A stretch of 64,000 nucleotides of DNA. Source: Prasinococcaceae sp. CCMP 1430 (taxonomy: Eukaryota > Plantae > Prasinodermophyta). A model generated the notes under the pieces. That model was not told where the DNA came from and did not search any database. It was given only the letters and a program-made list of their open reading frames with translations. Numbering within the stretch: the stretch's first letter is position 1; each line of letters starts with the position of its first letter. The stretch is from assembly GCA_013416795.1 (NCBI GenBank), contig RQSC01000908.1, positions 1,339 through 65,338 of the forward strand. The letters are read 5' to 3'. A program made the position numbers and the translations under genes. Shown here piece by piece: positions 53,678 through 64,000 of this stretch.

Positions 53678-55930
53678 ATGGCCCCGAACGCGGCGCTCGG
53701 CGAGGACATCACCTCGGAGGAGGTGAGCCTCGAGGGGCTCGCCGAGGAGCTCGAACTGTATTCCTCTCACGAGGTGGTCGCGAGCGTGCTCGAGTGCGGG
53801 GGTGCCGCCGGCGGCGATGCGGGCGCCAAGGTGCGCGAGCTGGAGGCCGCGCTCTCCGGCGCAGAGCTGCGCTCGATCGAGTCGTACTCGGCCGAGGGCG
53901 ACAACCTGGTGGGGCTGCTGGCGCAGATCCAGGGGTGCGACAGCGTGCTCGCGGGTATGGAGGACGCACTCGGTGGCTTCCAGTCCTCGCTCGGCGCGAT
54001 CTCGAGCGAGATCCGTTCGCTGCAGGAGCAGAGCATATCGCTCTCGGTGAAGCTTCGCAACAGGCGCGCGGCGGAGGCCAAGCTGGGCGAGCTCGTTGAG
54101 GAGATCGCGCTGCCGCCTGAGCTCATCGATGCCATCCTGGACGCTGAGGTCGACGAGGTTTACGTCGATGGACTGCACACGCTCGCGCGCAAGCTCGACT
54201 TCGTGCGCGGCGGCGGTGGCGCGGCGGGCGCGGCCGAACGGCTCCGCGGCGCGGCGGCAATGGCGGACGTGGCGCCCGAGCTCGAACGGCTGCGCAGGGG
54301 CGCCGTCGCGCGCGTGCGCGAGTTTCTCCTGTCCAAGTTCGCGCAGCTGCGCAGGCCGAAGACGAACATACAGATCCTGCAGCAGAGCGTGCTGCTCAAG
54401 TTCAAGTACTTCGGCACTTTCCTGCGCAAGTACGGGCCCGAGGTGTACGACGAGGTGGTGAGCCTCTACGTGGCTACCATCAGCGGCGTGCTGGCGGGGC
54501 ACTTCAAGACGTACGTGTCCGCGCTCGCAAACCTGCGCGGCGATCGCGTGGCCAAGGGCGAGCTGCTGGGTGAGACCGAACGCGAGGCGCGGCGACACGC
54601 GCCGGGCGGTGGTGGCGGCGGCTCGGCGGCGGGGTTTTTGAAGAAGGTCGGCGGCGCGCTCGGCGGAGCGTCGTCGGCGCAGCTCGTGGGGGGGCACGGG
54701 GGCACGGCGAGCGCTTTCGCGCTGGGGGACCGCGCGACCATGCTGCGCGACGTCGAGAGCCAGGCGGTGATCCCACACGTCGCCGAGTCGGCCGGGCAGC
54801 GGGTGCTGCACGAGGAGGCCTACAGGTCCACACACAAGCTGCTCATGGATACGACGACCTCTGAGTACCTCTTCTGCCACGACTTTTTCGGCGACCCGAC
54901 CGTCTTCGGCAGGCTTTTCGTTGCGCCGCTGGCCGCGGTCGAGGAGGGCCTCACCGACGTGCTCCCGCTGCTGCACGACCCCGTGGGCCTGCTGCTGATG
55001 ATCCGATTGACGTACGAGCAGCAGCTGGTGATGTCGCGCCGGCGCATACCCTGCCTGGACGCGTATTTCGACAAGGCGACCATGTCGATCTACCCAAAGT
55101 TCACCGCCGCTTTCGACGTGCAGGCGGGCTCGCTCGCGCAGGCGGCGGACCGAGCGGCCGCGCTCGCGGAGGGAGGGCGCGGGCGGCAGGGCGCGGTGGT
55201 GCCCCAGCATGCGCACTTCGTGGTGCGGCGGTACGCCGCGTTCTTGGCGTCCATGGCGGCTCTGAGCGCGGGCTACGCGGACTCGTCGCTCGACGCGCGC
55301 TGCGGCCGCCTGCGCGTCGTCGGGGACAGATTCATCGACAGGCTGGCGCATGCAGGCGGCGCGCCCCCGCGCGTGCAGGCGGCGTGCGCGCTCGCGAACT
55401 ACGACGAGGTGCTCCGCCAGCTGGCGGCAGCGCTGCGCTCCCCGCCGAACCCCCTGGCTGCCCAGGAGCCAGAGGTGCAGCCGGGCAGCGGTGCGGCGGG
55501 GATGCGGAGTATGGGCCCGCGGGCGCTGCTCTCGCACTACGAGGAGCGCGTGGCCGCCGCGCAGGCGGCGTACGTGGATGCTGAGCTCACGCACGAGCTG
55601 GGGGGGCTCTTGAACTTCGTGCGCGCGGCCGAGGGCGCGCTGGCGTCCGGCTCGCCCGTGGACGCCACAAAGTGCGGGCAGGCGCTCAACGACTTCAGCT
55701 CGCGCTGGCGCCGATCCATCGGCGCCATGCAGAAGGCCGCCACGGTGGCCTTCCCCGACGCCGAGCGCGCGGCGGATGCGCTGAAGGCGTGCCTCGCGCA
55801 GATGCTGCTCTACTACACGCGCGCGCTCGACGCGGCCAAGAAGGGCGGCGCCGAGGTGGGCTCGGACGCGCCCACGCTGCCGCTCATCATGCACGAGATC
55901 AAGCAGGTGGCGCCGGACGCGGCCAAGTGA
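53678..55930 (+). CDS. VPS52: GARP/EARP tethering subunit Vps52
   Basis: IQGCDSVLAGMEDALGGFQSSLGAISSEIRSLQEQS...KLRNRRA, ELERLR...VREFLL...LRRPKTNIQILQQSVLLKFKYF and SEYLFCHDFF. Confidence 0.95.
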   Translation: MAPNAALGEDITSEEVSLEGLAEELELYSSHEVVASVLECGGAAGGDAGAKVRELEAALSGAELRSIESYSAEGDNLVGLLAQIQGCDSVLAGMEDALGGFQSSLGAISSEIRSLQEQSISLSVKLRNRRAAEAKLGELVEEIALPPELIDAILDAEVDEVYVDGLHTLARKLDFVRGGGGAAGAAERLRGAAAMADVAPELERLRRGAVARVREFLLSKFAQLRRPKTNIQILQQSVLLKFKYFGTFLRKYGPEVYDEVVSLYVATISGVLAGHFKTYVSALANLRGDRVAKGELLGETEREARRHAPGGGGGGSAAGFLKKVGGALGGASSAQLVGGHGGTASAFALGDRATMLRDVESQAVIPHVAESAGQRVLHEEAYRSTHKLLMDTTTSEYLFCHDFFGDPTVFGRLFVAPLAAVEEGLTDVLPLLHDPVGLLLMIRLTYEQQLVMSRRRIPCLDAYFDKATMSIYPKFTAAFDVQAGSLAQAADRAAALAEGGRGRQGAVVPQHAHFVVRRYAAFLASMAALSAGYADSSLDARCGRLRVVGDRFIDRLAHAGGAPPRVQAACALANYDEVLRQLAAALRSPPNPLAAQEPEVQPGSGAAGMRSMGPRALLSHYEERVAAAQAAYVDAELTHELGGLLNFVRAAEGALASGSPVDATKCGQALNDFSSRWRRSIGAMQKAATVAFPDAERAADALKACLAQMLLYYTRALDAAKKGGAEVGSDAPTLPLIMHEIKQVAPDAAK

Positions 55931-56045
55931 ACGAGGACAAAGCGCGCGGGCGGCGCGCGGGCGCGTGCGAGCCAGCGGCCCTTGGCCACGCCCCTCCTTT
56001 TTCCTCCTCCGCGCGCGCATGCGGCGAACACTATCCCTGTAATAA

Positions 56046-56606
56046 TTACGCGGCGGCGTTGGCAGCCTCGATGGCGGCGCGCAGCTCGGCGCGCGGCGTG
56101 TACGAGGCGTACTTCTTCGCCCTACGGCTGTCGGGGTTGATCACCTTCTCCACGGTGGGGTACACCGACACCACGGACCTGCCCTTCTTCGTCTCGAACT
56201 TGACGGTGCCCTCGATCTTCGAGAAGAGCGTGTAGTCGTTGCCCGTGCCGACGTTCTTGCCCGCAATCACCTGCGGTGGGGCGGGTGGACGTGGTCAGGG
56301 CATTGCAGGCGCGGGCGCGGAGCGGGCGAGCACACGAAGGGGAAGGGGGGGGGGGGGCGGGCACTTGTTCTGCGGCCCCGCGCGACCCTCCGATCTCCCA
56401 TAGAACACACGCACGAGCGCGCGCATACGCATACATGCACGCGAGCACGCGCGCGCGCGGGCGCGCGCGCGCCGCGCACGGGCGCAGCAGCACTCGAGAC
56501 GAGCGCGCACGACGCCTCGTGCCCGCACCGCGCGGCCGCGTGCGAGCGGCAGCGCGGCGGGGGCGCGGAGCGCCGAGGCGGAGCCCACGCAGCCGGCCGC
56601 CTGCAT
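56046..56606 (-). CDS. rpl27: Plastid ribosomal protein bL27. Exons 56606..56480 (transit peptide) and 56270..56046; middle exon absent
   Basis: The last exon [26 protein letters not shown] is the bL27 core with a plastid-type C-terminal extension. Exon 1 is an Ala/Arg/Ser-rich transit peptide ending GCC C|gtgcgc. Confidence 0.85.
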
Positions 56607-57458
56607 CCTGTCGGAGCGGGGGGTGGGGTGCGCAAGGGGGCGCGCTGTGTGGCACAAGACGGTGCTGCCGCAAACACGACGCACAACGCGCGCACACGGA
56701 ACCCACGCAAAGCCACATTGGATTCCATAAAACAAGCAGCTATTCACATATAATATTTAGTGCATATGGATTCCATTTATCGTTCGATGCCGCGGAACCT
56801 CGCGCGCGCGCCGCCGCCGCCGCCGCCGCGCGCCGCCATCCACATTTCCGTGCGTTGTCGCCCCGCGATTTCATCGCCGTCATTCGTGCGGTGCTCGTCA
56901 CAAACACTGTAATTAACTCTTCAAATAATGCACACCGTGTTTCATTTCAATTTGAGTACAATGCAAATGATAATACCGCGGAGTTATAATTTTTTTATAG
57001 AAACACACGCTTGTTACTATTTAGTGCGTCAATCCGCGGTTTTTGAGGTCGGCTGTCGTGGCAGGGCGAGCGGCCGGCGCCGGCCCCTTTTTTCCCGCGG
57101 GGCTTTCTTTGGGTATTTTCCGTCGAAATTCGGCGCGAAAGCCGATAGGAAAAAAATGCGGGGCCGCGCCGCGCCCGTCGTACGATGGTCCGAAAAGACG
57201 TGATACTACCCCACGGGCGACTTTGATGTGGGGGGTGCGTTGGCGTGCTTTTTGATATGCGTGAGCGGGTGGCGCGCGGGCGCCCTGCTGCTGCGGCGTG
57301 GCATAGCGCGCGCGCGGGGCGGGGCGGGCGGGTGAACTGCGAGCCGAAAGTGCCCAGCAGAAGCGCGAATGGCTCACCAGGCTCGGCGCGGCAGGCGTGG
57401 ACCTGCCCCGCGAGAGGAGTCAGGCGCGGGGCAGGGGAAAGTGGGGGGGGGGGAGATC

Positions 57459-57819
57459 ATGGCGGGCCGGGCGGGCCGGGCAGTCGGGAGCAAGAGGTGG
57501 TTGCTGTCGGCGGCCGTCGGTCTGGCCGTTGCCGTCGCCGCGCTCTTCGGCACGGGCGCGCTCACGTTTGGCGTCACGCGGCACGTCGCGACGCGCGGCG
57601 GCACAGCGACCGCGAAGAGCTGGGTGCGCCATGGCCTCGCGCTGCCGCGGCTCATCGCGACATCGTCGTCGGGCGTCACCAAACCGCTGCGTAGGGCGGA
57701 GCTCAGGGAGACAGTGCGGCCGAAACTTCCAGTAGGCGTCATAGGGGGCGGAGAAGAGCGGCAGGGGCAACAGCAGCAAGAGCAGCAGCAGCAGCAACAA
57801 CAACAACAAAAACAGCAAG

Positions 57820-57868
<49 letters not shown>

Positions 57869-59864
57869 GGGCACGACAACAGCGACCGGCAGCGCTGATG
57901 GCAACGGCGGGGGCACCGGCGCGGGTGGGGGGGTGCAGCAGCTGGCCATGATGAAGGACGTCAAGAGAGACACGCGCGTGCAGGTGACGGGCGGTCAGCA
58001 GAAGGTGGGTGACAAGACGCTCGCCACCAAGTGGTACTTCCCGCCGGCGACGAAAAAGACGCCGTCCCCGCCGCCGCCGGTGGCTGAGTACAAGGGCGAC
58101 CTCACCAAGGCGCACGGCCACATGCCAGCGCTTGAGCGCGAGCTGGAGATGCTTCCGCGCGCGAGAGAGACGTTCGTGTCGATCGGCTTCGCCACCGAGG
58201 CGCACGCGGATTTCGCGCGCAACTGGGCGGCCACGCAGTCCGCAGTCGGCCTGAGCCCCTTGCTCTTCGCGATGGACAAGGGGATGGACGAGTACTGCAA
58301 GAAGCACGCCATGCGCTGCTTCCCCGAGCATTCGATGGACAACTCCATTCGCACAATGGACGACTTCGAGGGCGTGGTCACGGGCGGCGTGGGACTCGGC
58401 GGCGAGAAGCGGCATGACTTCAGCAAGCACTCCGGGCTGGCGTTCCAGACGATGGGCGCGCGCAAAGCCTACCTGCTACTCGCGGTGGTGGAACTGGGTT
58501 ACAGAGTGCTGGTGTCGGACGCAGACACTGCGTGGATGCGCGATCCGACCGAGTTCTTCATGTCGCCCGAGGCTGACAGGGCGGACTACTGGACGGCGAC
58601 CGATTGCTTGAGCGCCGAGCGCGAGCGTCACAGGGGCGGCTGCATCGCGCTCGCGGAGAACCTCAACACCGGCATCATGTTCGTGCGCCCGACGGCGATC
58701 TCGAAAAAGATGCTCGCGCAGTGGCTGCATGAGACCGTCGTGGTCGAGGACGCCAACCTACACGACCAGCACATCTTCAACTTCATCGTCAAGCGCGGGC
58801 TGCGCGGCTTCGAGCACTGGGAGCCGCGAGACGCCACCGACGAAGCCGCGGGCACGCGCGTGTACCGCGCGGCGGAGGGCTACGGCGCCATGGGCGTGCT
58901 GGACCTCCTGCGCTTCGTGAGCGGCAACGTGTACTTCGTGCAGCACCTGCCGCGCGAGCACGACTCGAAGCCGTACGCCGTGCACACGACGTACCAGTTC
59001 AACGGCGTGCAGGGCAAGCGCCACCGACTGCGCGAGGAGGGGCTGTGGGTGATCGACGACGACGCGTACTACGGCGCGGACGGCGCCAATTTCCTCTCGC
59101 TGCGCCTGTGGGACGAGGCCGGCGGCGTCACGCCGGAGGCCGTCGCGGACGCGGACTGCCTGCGCTTCGCGAGGAGCGCTGCGCAGCTGGACGATCCGGA
59201 GGCGGACCTCTCCCGGGTGACGGCGTGCGCGCAGATCGACCGGCACCTCGCGATCGCCGCGTACCAGCGCGAAGCCGTGCGCAATGCGGAGGTGATTGCA
59301 GAGCAGCTCGGGCGCGTGCTCATCATGCCGGCGCTCACGTGCTACTGCGAGCGCTACATGGGGCGCACGCTGCCCTCGTGCATCATCGAGGGGCAGGACC
59401 TCACGCCGGGGAGGCCCGTGATGGAGCCCTGCCCCATGGACTACATGTTCTTCATACCCAACTGGTACAGCAGCAAGGCGCCCTTTCGCGAGCACTCGAT
59501 GCTCACCAACCCGCGCGTGCCAGCCGAGGTGCTCGCGTCGCGCAGGGCCGTGTACGTGGGCGACGCCGGCGGCGGGGAGCGCGAGGCCGGCGCGGCGGTG
59601 CTGCCGCCAGCGCCCACCGGCGCCGACGTCGAGGCCGTGCTGGGCGGGCTGGGGGAGGTGCGCGTGCTCGAGCTGCGGCAGCCCTTGCAGTCGTTGTGCA
59701 CGGTGGACGACGCAGCTGCTGTGGACGCGCGCATGAAGACCGTCATCCACTCGGAGGTGCGCTGGTGCGACGCGCTCAAGGACGGGGTTATGCCGTGCCG
59801 GTGGGGGTACGACCCGCCGACGGCGTTGGAGGGGCGGGGGCGCGAGGAGTGCATTGCCGAGTGA
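57459..59864 (+). CDS. GT77 nucleotide-diphospho-sugar transferase, XEG113-like arabinosyltransferase
   Basis: Type II membrane anchor, LGYRVLVSDADTAWMRDP (DXD), LNTGIMF, DQHIFN, YAVHTTYQFNGVQGKRHRLRE and LIMPALTCYCER. Confidence 0.88.
57768..57869 (+). repeat. CAG/CAA trinucleotide repeat encoding polyQ (31 Q in 34 codons)
   Basis: Direct reading, in frame in the GT77 stem region. Confidence 0.95.
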
Positions 59865-59949
59865 AGTGCATCTCGTAAAAATCTCGCTGTTTACCACTCG
59901 AGTAGTACTACTAATACATAGGTCGTGCATCCACCCTTCCTTCGCTCAA

Positions 59950-62900
59950 TTACGACTCGCAGAGTCGCAGTTGCCAGGCCTGGATCGATCCGGTCGAGTG
60001 GTCGCCCGCCTTGGCTGTGAGGCGCCATGTCCCACCAGACTGCGCCCCCTGAAAATGGTTGTCGATGCCACTCGCGATAAGCGATGGCGCGTCCTCCTCG
60101 GGTGTGCCTTGCTGGCTCTTCGCCGCAGCCGCCAGATTGAGCGGGGCGCGCGCGCCGCTGCTGGGGCTCTCCAGGGTGAAGTCGACCGTCGATGGGTGCA
60201 CGGAGTCGAGGTCGACCCTGACTTCGGCAGTGCCGACCTGGAAGTCCACCGGCACGTGCAACGCAGAGCGCGCCTTGACGAAGGGCGCGAGCGGGACGCT
60301 GTTCTTGTTGTTGATGGTGACGCATCGCTGGCTCTCTGCATTGAGCGCAGCGGAGCCGTCGGGATACGCGACGATGGCGTCGAGGTCGAGACCGATGAGC
60401 GCGTCTTGGTTGTTGGTCAAGGCGAGCGAGGTGTAGTAGCCAGTGGAGGGTATCTCGAGTGCCACCTGCGACCAGGCGCCGAACGCCAGCTCGTCGCCCA
60501 TGACTTCGTCGGCGAGCGCAACGCGAATGGGATCGATGCCCTCCACGGGCGACTCCAAACTCACGAACACATTGGAAGGCAACCCAGCGCTCTCTCCACC
60601 GACGGCCTTGGGGCGCACGTACACGTACAATACGCCCGCGGGGAACGCTTTGCCGTCCTGGCTGGCGACCTTGAACCCGCCGAAGGGCTGGAGTACCACC
60701 TCGATGCCGGTGTCACCCTCGCGAGCGGCCGCCACCGACGCGAAGTCGATCTCTGCGCGCCAGCTCGCATCCGCGAAGCCTTCGTTGAGCGCATCGTTGC
60801 CGTAGATGTGGAGGGGGGGCGGCGCCGCGATCTCGCTGGGGGTGGCAGCCACGCATCCATGCGGGGCGTCGTCTTCCACGGGCGGGCACGCCACCAGCGC
60901 CTCGCTGTCGAGCAGCGCGACGCCACCCAGAGAGAAGCGCGCGGTCGTCGCGCCGTCCTTGTTGTACACGGCGATGTCGTCGCCGCCGCCGCCGATGCTT
61001 TTGAGCGGCACCACCACGGTCGTCCAGACGCCTGGCGCGATTGAGGCGATGGAGGTGAGCTTTACCGCTCCGACTCCGACGGCCGCGCCGTTGGACATTT
61101 CGCCTGCATACACGTACATGCTCTCGACGGTCGCCTCGTCTGCGGCCAGAATGCTGATCGACACCAGGTCGCTCGTGTTGACGTCACCCGACGCAATACG
61201 GTGCAGGCGCATGGCACCCCAAGGCATGAGCTCCACGTCCATAGAGCGCGTGGTGTTCGATCCGGGCGACGCGGCGCTCGAGGGCATGGGCACGCCACTG
61301 TCGCCGTAGTAGTTGTTCGTGTTGGACCACGACCTATCCTCGAACACACCCTCGACCGGCGCGCCGTCCGCGAGCGCGACCTCGCGGACGCGGTAGAATG
61401 CATCCGTTGAGAGCGCCGCGGCGGGCTCGCCGAGGGTGACGTTCACCCCAAGGGTGTCGCCCCTGACGCAGAAGAGCGACTCGGCCATGCGGGTGATCTC
61501 GGTTGCAGGCACGACGCGATCGAAGATGTTCACCTCCGAGACAGCGCCGGTGAAGTACACGGTGTCCTCCGGCGCGTCTCCGACGCCAACGGGCACAGCA
61601 CCAATAGTGACGGCCCCGGGTGTGGTTCGCAGCGCGGACGCGTCCTCGGCGGAGAGCGTGCGCGTCTCGATGGTGGCTTTCGCCGGCGATTGTTCGATCT
61701 GATCGTTCGGCCCTGAACGCAGCGCCATCACGGTCACCGCGCCGCCACGATCCGCGTGCGATGCGTCCACCGTCGCGAAGAGCAAGACCCACTCTCCCAC
61801 GACGCCCTCGACGCCGCTCAGGAGCGTGTAGGCCCCCTCGAGGCCGCCGGTCATTGACACCTTGACGCCCCACTCACAGCCGCCGTAAGGCCCGGCCTGG
61901 AAGCACCCAACCACAACGCCCGTGTCGCTCTCGCCGTCGGCGGTAGGGGCGTACGTGCTAACGACGGGGGCGACCTCCCCGTTGATGGCGTCGAGGCGCG
62001 CCCACACCAACACCGACATCGCCTTGGTGTCCAAAAGCTCCTGGGGGATGGCGTCGGCGACGATGGCGCCACCACTTGTAGGGTTACCAATCGCCTTGGC
62101 GCTGGCCGCCTCCACGGTTGGGTTGAATACCATGGGCCCGGGCGGCGACACGCCCGGCGCACCGGCGGCGCACGCGCTGCCATCGGAGGCCGCGTCACAC
62201 ACAACGAGCGCGCCGGCGTCGACCCCGGTGGCCACGCCGCTGAGCTGGGTCGCGGAGCTGCCAGCGTTCTGGACGGCGCCGTCCACGCTGAGGGTGTTGT
62301 AGGGTCCGCACTCGTCCAGCGCGAAGCGCAGCACGGGCTGGGGATCAAAAGAGAGGAGCGCCTCGCTCTGCTCGGTGGGCACGAAGACCACGGCGGTGGT
62401 AGAGGAAGACGATTCCGCGGAAAGCGCGGGAACGCACGACGCGGCTGGCGCCGTCGCGCACTCCGAGAGCTGCTCCTCCGACACGCTCGGGAGCGGGACG
62501 AACGGCGCGGGCTCCACGTACAGGCGCACCGTGAATGCGTCGGCCGCGGTCTGCGCCGCGGTCGCCTGCACGGCGATGGCGGGCACCTCGTACAAGGCAG
62601 CCGCGCACGTCTGGGCGACGGTGGAGATGCACGTGAGCTGCGAGTCGTCCAGGGACAGGTCCTCCGCAACAAACGTCAACTCAGCAGCGACAGGCAGCGC
62701 CTCCGGCGTGCCCGCCGGGCAGCTCGGGGTGCTGTAGTTCTTGGGCACGGCAAGCGTCATGGCGTCAATCACCACCGCCGCAGCGGCACCCCCGGAAGCA
62801 GCGCCGGCGCTGTGGATGATGGTTACGCTGTCGAAGGCGGCGTCCTCTGGAACCTTGGTTGGGTCAGCGGTGAACGTCACGTCGAGGGTCTCGTCGTCTT

Positions 62901-64000
62901 CAAAACCAGCGAGGTCGACGAGCTGGATGAGGGGTACACGGTACGTCGCGGTACCGGTGGGATCGCGCACCGATTCGAAGCCCAGCACGAACTCGGCGAC
63001 GCTCGCAGCGTTGGCCGAATCCTGTGCGGAGTCCGTGAGGCTGATGCGCAGGGTGGCGCCCGCGCCGAAGGTGCCCTCAGCGGCGGTGAAGCGAAGGGCG
63101 CCCGCTGGGTTGATGACGCTGGCGTCGGTGGTGGTCGCGTTGCCGTCCGCATTGGCGTACGCGACGCTCGCGCCGTAGCTCGTGTCCTCCCATCCGAAGC
63201 TGAGGACGCCATCGGCAAAAACGGTGGTGTTGTCTTCCACCGTGGTCAGGCCCCCGGTGCAGTCTCCAGCGGCGAGGACGGCGTCGGCGCTCTCAAGAGA
63301 GGCGACACCCGCATCAACGACGAACGACCCCACCGTGCTGCAGCCGGATAGCTGGAGGGAGTCAATTTCGAACACAACCTCAGAGCCAGCGTGCTCGGAG
63401 AGGAAATAGATCGTGTCGAACGACGTGTGGGTGGAGTTCTCGCCGAACAGCGGCATCGAAGCCATGCGCCAGTCCCAAGTGGGGGGCGTCGCCGACGCGG
63501 CGAGCAGGTCGGCGAGGCTGCGGCGCTCGAGCGCGATTCCCGGCGCGTTGGTGGAGTCGGCGAGAACGACGTACACGTCCTCGAGCTCCTCCACAGCCAC
63601 GTCGCCCTTGATGTAGAACTGCAGGGCCTCGGCGGGCGTGTCCGCGGCGCCGAAGCGCAGGCGCCCCGTCGCATCGCCACCGAGAGCCTTGAAGATCTCC
63701 ATGCTGGCGCCCGCCTCCTGAAGCTTGACGTGGATCGACGCGTCCCCGGAGCCGTCCCTCCCCGAAGGGAAGGCGGGGTCGACGATGGCGCCGTCCGTGA
63801 CGTTCGCACCGTACGACCAGCCCTCAACAAAACCCTCCTCGAAGATGGAACAGCGGCGCTCGGGCAGGGCGCTCTGCGCGGTGGCGCCGTCCTTGTACAC
63901 GGGATCTGACAGCGACGCCGTGTCGCCGGCGGCAGGCTGCGCGTCAACCCCGCGCGCTGCGAGCGCGCAGCCCACCGCCGCCGCCGCCGCCGCGAGGCGG
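59950..64000 (-). CDS. Large secreted modular protein: repeated CBM/galactose-binding-like domains, a LamG/ConA-like domain and a C-terminal proprotein-convertase P-domain; 5'-partial
   Basis: ORF of more than 1340 aa with repeated domain starts (IFEEGFVEGWSY, VFADGVLSFGWEDTSY, VFEDRSW, IYGNDALNEGFADASW), MSVLVWARL...YFTGAVSEVNIFDRVV, and VDFTLESPSSG...FQGAQSGGTWRLTA...TGSIQAWQLRL. Confidence 0.78.
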   Translation of the reverse strand, partial: RLAAAAAAVGCALAARGVDAQPAAGDTASLSDPVYKDGATAQSALPERRCSIFEEGFVEGWSYGANVTDGAIVDPAFPSGRDGSGDASIHVKLQEAGASMEIFKALGGDATGRLRFGAADTPAEALQFYIKGDVAVEELEDVYVVLADSTNAPGIALERRSLADLLAASATPPTWDWRMASMPLFGENSTHTSFDTIYFLSEHAGSEVVFEIDSLQLSGCSTVGSFVVDAGVASLESADAVLAAGDCTGGLTTVEDNTTVFADGVLSFGWEDTSYGASVAYANADGNATTTDASVINPAGALRFTAAEGTFGAGATLRISLTDSAQDSANAASVAEFVLGFESVRDPTGTATYRVPLIQLVDLAGFEDDETLDVTFTADPTKVPEDAAFDSVTIIHSAGAASGGAAAAVVIDAMTLAVPKNYSTPSCPAGTPEALPVAAELTFVAEDLSLDDSQLTCISTVAQTCAAALYEVPAIAVQATAAQTAADAFTVRLYVEPAPFVPLPSVSEEQLSECATAPAASCVPALSAESSSSTTAVVFVPTEQSEALLSFDPQPVLRFALDECGPYNTLSVDGAVQNAGSSATQLSGVATGVDAGALVVCDAASDGSACAAGAPGVSPPGPMVFNPTVEAASAKAIGNPTSGGAIVADAIPQELLDTKAMSVLVWARLDAINGEVAPVVSTYAPTADGESDTGVVVGCFQAGPYGGCEWGVKVSMTGGLEGAYTLLSGVEGVVGEWVLLFATVDASHADRGGAVTVMALRSGPNDQIEQSPAKATIETRTLSAEDASALRTTPGAVTIGAVPVGVGDAPEDTVYFTGAVSEVNIFDRVVPATEITRMAESLFCVRGDTLGVNVTLGEPAAALSTDAFYRVREVALADGAPVEGVFEDRSWSNTNNYYGDSGVPMPSSAASPGSNTTRSMDVELMPWGAMRLHRIASGDVNTSDLVSISILAADEATVESMYVYAGEMSNGAAVGVGAVKLTSIASIAPGVWTTVVVPLKSIGGGGDDIAVYNKDGATTARFSLGGVALLDSEALVACPPVEDDAPHGCVAATPSEIAAPPPLHIYGNDALNEGFADASWRAEIDFASVAAAREGDTGIEVVLQPFGGFKVASQDGKAFPAGVLYVYVRPKAVGGESAGLPSNVFVSLESPVEGIDPIRVALADEVMGDELAFGAWSQVALEIPSTGYYTSLALTNNQDALIGLDLDAIVAYPDGSAALNAESQRCVTINNKNSVPLAPFVKARSALHVPVDFQVGTAEVRVDLDSVHPSTVDFTLESPSSGARAPLNLAAAAKSQQGTPEEDAPSLIASGIDNHFQGAQSGGTWRLTAKAGDHSTGSIQAWQLRLCES

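Noticed and set aside
1-64000. Numerous long antisense and alternate-frame ORFs (e.g. 1003..2505, 3833..5416, 11272..12954, 25858..27873, 53528..56020)
   Set aside because: These are expected shadows of high-GC coding sequence. They are Arg/Ala/Pro-rich, carry no family motifs, and overlap well-supported genes.
1-64000. tRNA, rRNA, transposase, viral or CRISPR features
   Set aside because: None was recognised on either strand by eye. tRNAscan-SE and Infernal would be needed to exclude them formally.

Overview
A gene-dense window of high-GC eukaryotic DNA with short GT-AG introns, CTGAC-type branch points and TGTAA poly(A)-signal motifs. These features, plus nuclear-encoded plastid genes (ClpR4, bL27) and BSL/XEG113 orthologues, point to a green alga of prasinophyte type (inference). 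About 23 protein-coding genes are supported. In order: DNA-PKcs (5 exons, 5'-partial), M50 metalloprotease, GH27 alpha-galactosidase, a 7-TM protein with insect gustatory-receptor-like architecture, a small helical protein, ClpR4, a cytochrome-b5-reductase-family protein, RPAC1 head-to-head with RPA1, cytochrome b561, GRWD1/RRB1, PP2A B55, a giant coiled-coil protein fused to a catalytically dead M48 domain, two EF-hand proteins, a BSL kelch phosphatase, glucosidase II beta, an apparently RING-less NSE1, a Cys-rich repeat protein, VPS52, plastid bL27, an XEG113-like GT77 with a polyQ tract, and a large modular extracellular protein ending in a P-domain (5'-partial). The top findings are the candidate 7TM ion channel/GRL and two identical box C/D snoRNA candidates nested in two introns of RPAC1, within a Pol I/ribosome-biogenesis micro-cluster. 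Several local defects (N gaps, missing exons, two 5'-truncated genes fused head-to-head, an orphan ion-channel exon) look like assembly problems. All calls come from reading the sequence and recalling family motifs; no database search was run.
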